Of a stretch of DNA of 58,777 nucleotides, positions 56,688 through 58,777 are shown piece after piece. The position numbers and the translations under genes were made by a program. Under the pieces are notes generated by a model. That model did no database searches and was not told where the DNA came from. It worked only from the letters and a program-made list of their open reading frames with translations. Position 1 is the stretch's first letter; each line of letters begins with the position of its first letter. Source of the DNA: Patescibacteria group bacterium (GTDB taxonomy: Bacteria; Patescibacteriota; Kazan-3B-28; UBA10110). The stretch lies in the NCBI GenBank assembly GCA_016936175.1, contig JAFGPN010000003.1, positions 1-58,777 on the forward strand, in the 5' to 3' direction.

Positions 56688-57632
56688 TTATAAGTCTTTG
56701 TTGGCCCCCAGCACTAATGCTTCTGCCACTACTCGGACGTTGGCCCCTCCAGCCAGGGCCCCATCGGCTTCTTGCAACCGTGCCAAAAAGGCGGCTAATC
56801 TCCGCTCGTCTGGCAAATTTTTTACCCCGGTCAACCAACTAATTGGCTTATCTCTAAGTTCAGCTACCATCAATCTTCTGGTCAGGTTTGTCCAGGTGGT
56901 TACTAAATCGCTAGCTACTGCCCTATCTTTAATGTTGGCTGTGACCATCCCTTTAATCAAATCTTTGCTCAGCAAGGCTTTAAAAGCCTCGACCTGAGCC
57001 ACTCCCTGTTCTAACCTCTCTTCATTTTTTGCTAGGTCATCTGCAATACCCAAAGCCCCATTGGCCAGCAAAATAATCTCCTCAATACGTTTCACTTTCT
57101 TGTTTTTAAAATAATCCCGGATTTCATCATCGGATAGGCTGTGCAATCGGATGATCTGTGCCCGAGATCGAACAGTCGGCAACACGGCATTAATATTTTG
57201 CGCGGTGATAACTATCCTGGCATGCTTCGGAGGCTCTTCTAAGGTTTTAAGTAGTGCATTGGCCGCCGAAACACTCAACCTATCAACATCGCCCACTATC
57301 AATACACGATAATCTCTATGCGGCGACAGATTGATTAGATGTACTGTATCATCTACTGTTTTTTTCCACTTGTTGTCTTCACCTTCGCCACTATTGGCGG
57401 AAAGTATCTCGTCAAAGACAATAGTATCCAAATTGGGTTTACCAATATCGATGGCATTATGCCAGCTGGCCGCCATTATCCGTGCCAATAACCCCTTGCC
57501 AACATGGGGCGGCCCCACCAACAGATACGTAGAACATCCCCCTGCTTCCAGGGACCTGCTCACTAACTCCTTGGCCATCTCCTGGCCAACCAGCAGCTTT
57601 AAGTTTGTATTTAAAATCTTTTTCTCCACCAC
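56688..57632 (-). CDS. holB: DNA polymerase III subunit delta'
   Basis: GPPHVGK, AANALLKTLEEPP, LPTVRSR. Confidence 0.88.
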   Translation of the reverse strand: MVEKKILNTNLKLLVGQEMAKELVSRSLEAGGCSTYLLVGPPHVGKGLLARIMAASWHNAIDIGKPNLDTIVFDEILSANSGEGEDNKWKKTVDDTVHLINLSPHRDYRVLIVGDVDRLSVSAANALLKTLEEPPKHARIVITAQNINAVLPTVRSRAQIIRLHSLSDDEIRDYFKNKKVKRIEEIILLANGALGIADDLAKNEERLEQGVAQVEAFKALLSKDLIKGMVTANIKDRAVASDLVTTWTNLTRRLMVAELRDKPISWLTGVKNLPDERRLAAFLARLQEADGALAGGANVRVVAEALVLGANKDL

Positions 57633-57805
57633 CCACCATCATATATCACCCCGCATCATCCAATCTACATCCCAAGCGGATAGATATCAGATTTGGGATG
57701 AGATTCGGATTGATATCGGGGACAAAATAAAACCCCGCTCTCTTCGCCAGCTTTCGCCGACAAATTGATTGGGGTTAAGAGGATTCTCTCCGCGCGACAA
57801 TATCG

Positions 57806-58495
57806 CTACTCATGCATCAGCATCTCGGCCGGGTACGGATCGATATCACCCTTGGCGATGCACTCGACGATCCGCCGCGCCTCACCACCACAGAGTCGCA
57901 ATGCCTTGGCAATATCGCCCTGAATCCAATCCACCAGCAGTAGCCGAATCCGCTTGTGCGGCATGTACTTAGTGAGCATCCGCCGTAGCCGCGGCCCATG
58001 GTAGTTACAGGAGATCACCACCAGGTCGGTGACCTCGCTGACACCGATCATCGGATGCTGAGCCATCGCCAAAAACTGGGTCTTGGTGTTGCCCACGCCG
58101 TCCGGCCCGCAGTCGATATCGATGATTTCGTCCTCAACCAGACCACAGTCGCGCGCCTTGGCGTGCATGTCGGGGAGCTGCTCGGCGGTGCCGTTTAACA
58201 CCAGCTGGAAAGGTGAATCGACTCCGAAGGGGAGACGCGCCCTCAATGAGATCAGCACGTTGACTCCCAGTGTAATGCGCACCGAGTTCTCCCGATTACC
58301 CCCGTCACCGGGGGCTAACATTACCACGACATACTCCCCCCGAATATCTTCTGGATGGATATATCTGGCAGAGACCAGACCCTCCAGCAGTGCATCAGGG
58401 AACTCGTGCTGGAACAGATGTTCGATAAACCGCTCCGACGAGGCCGCAGGATCTGGCAATATACTGCCATCACTAGATAAGAATTGGTCGGGCAT
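57806..58495 (-). CDS. Hypothetical protein, YdcF/DUF218-like fold
   Basis: GNTKTQF...LVVISCNYHGPRL resembles the DUF218 T.eN...vT..yH.pR pattern; SD AGGAG. Confidence 0.55.
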   Translation of the reverse strand: MPDQFLSSDGSILPDPAASSERFIEHLFQHEFPDALLEGLVSARYIHPEDIRGEYVVVMLAPGDGGNRENSVRITLGVNVLISLRARLPFGVDSPFQLVLNGTAEQLPDMHAKARDCGLVEDEIIDIDCGPDGVGNTKTQFLAMAQHPMIGVSEVTDLVVISCNYHGPRLRRMLTKYMPHKRIRLLLVDWIQGDIAKALRLCGGEARRIVECIAKGDIDPYPAEMLMHE

Positions 58496-58578
58496 ATAGC
58501 ACTCCTAATTTTCATCTCTCCCTTATTTACCGGTGTCTGATGTCTCCGGATCTATCTAAGGAAGGACAAGTTAGCCCT

Positions 58579-58607
58579 ACCCTATCAAAAAATCCGCCCC
58601 CAGTCAA
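58579..58607 (-). promoter_or_regulatory. Promoter directly after repeat copy C
   Basis: TTGACT-17-TAGGGT. Confidence 0.45.
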
Positions 58608-58616
58608 CCTTTTTCT

Positions 58617-58777
58617 CTCCCCGCCATCGGAGGAGAAAGCCCTTATCCCATCGGAGCCCGAGTGTGCTGAATCAACAAAACCACCGCTGACGAAGCTGTT
58701 GTCTGAGTCCCGGTATACCGGGACGAGTTCAGCGAGAGGCGGAAAGGTGGTTTTGTTAGATGAAGAACGAGGGCGAC
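58617..58777 (-). repeat. ~250-bp structured repeat, copy C (truncated by the window edge)
   Basis: Near-identical to 19460-19590. Confidence 0.8.

Overview
This looks like a chromosomal segment of a small-genome bacterium, with the gene content and style of Patescibacteria/CPR (inference), using genetic code 11. Most genes are minus-strand housekeeping genes: secA, serS, lysS, greA, folD, rseP, a prenyl synthase, uppS, frr, tsf, rpsB, rplU, ileS, cobO-nrdJ-nrdR, ftsZ/A, ybeY, rpsU, hisS, secDF, tgt, rplL/J/A/K, thyX/tmk/dut, holB and four tRNAs. A few accessory genes are interspersed: a PKD lipoprotein, an Ig-like secreted protein, a 1479-aa tandem cyclase-STAND-TPR protein and a frameshifted kinase. 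The most striking layer is non-coding. (1) At least seven short cassettes are bounded by pair-specific inverted repeats with core CCCGTTAG...CTAACGGG. They sit at gene junctions and often supply or abut start and stop codons. One carries a decayed GIY-YIG nuclease, and one carries an intact tRNA-Val nested inside a second, broken tRNA. (2) Dozens of REP-like palindromes are present, several translated in frame inside ileS, secA and rplA. (3) A four-copy ~250-bp structured repeat always sits just upstream of a sigma70 promoter. (4) There are 7-mer and 8-mer repeat arrays. No CRISPR array, rRNA, integrase or DDE transposase was seen. All calls come from reading the sequence by eye; no searches were run.
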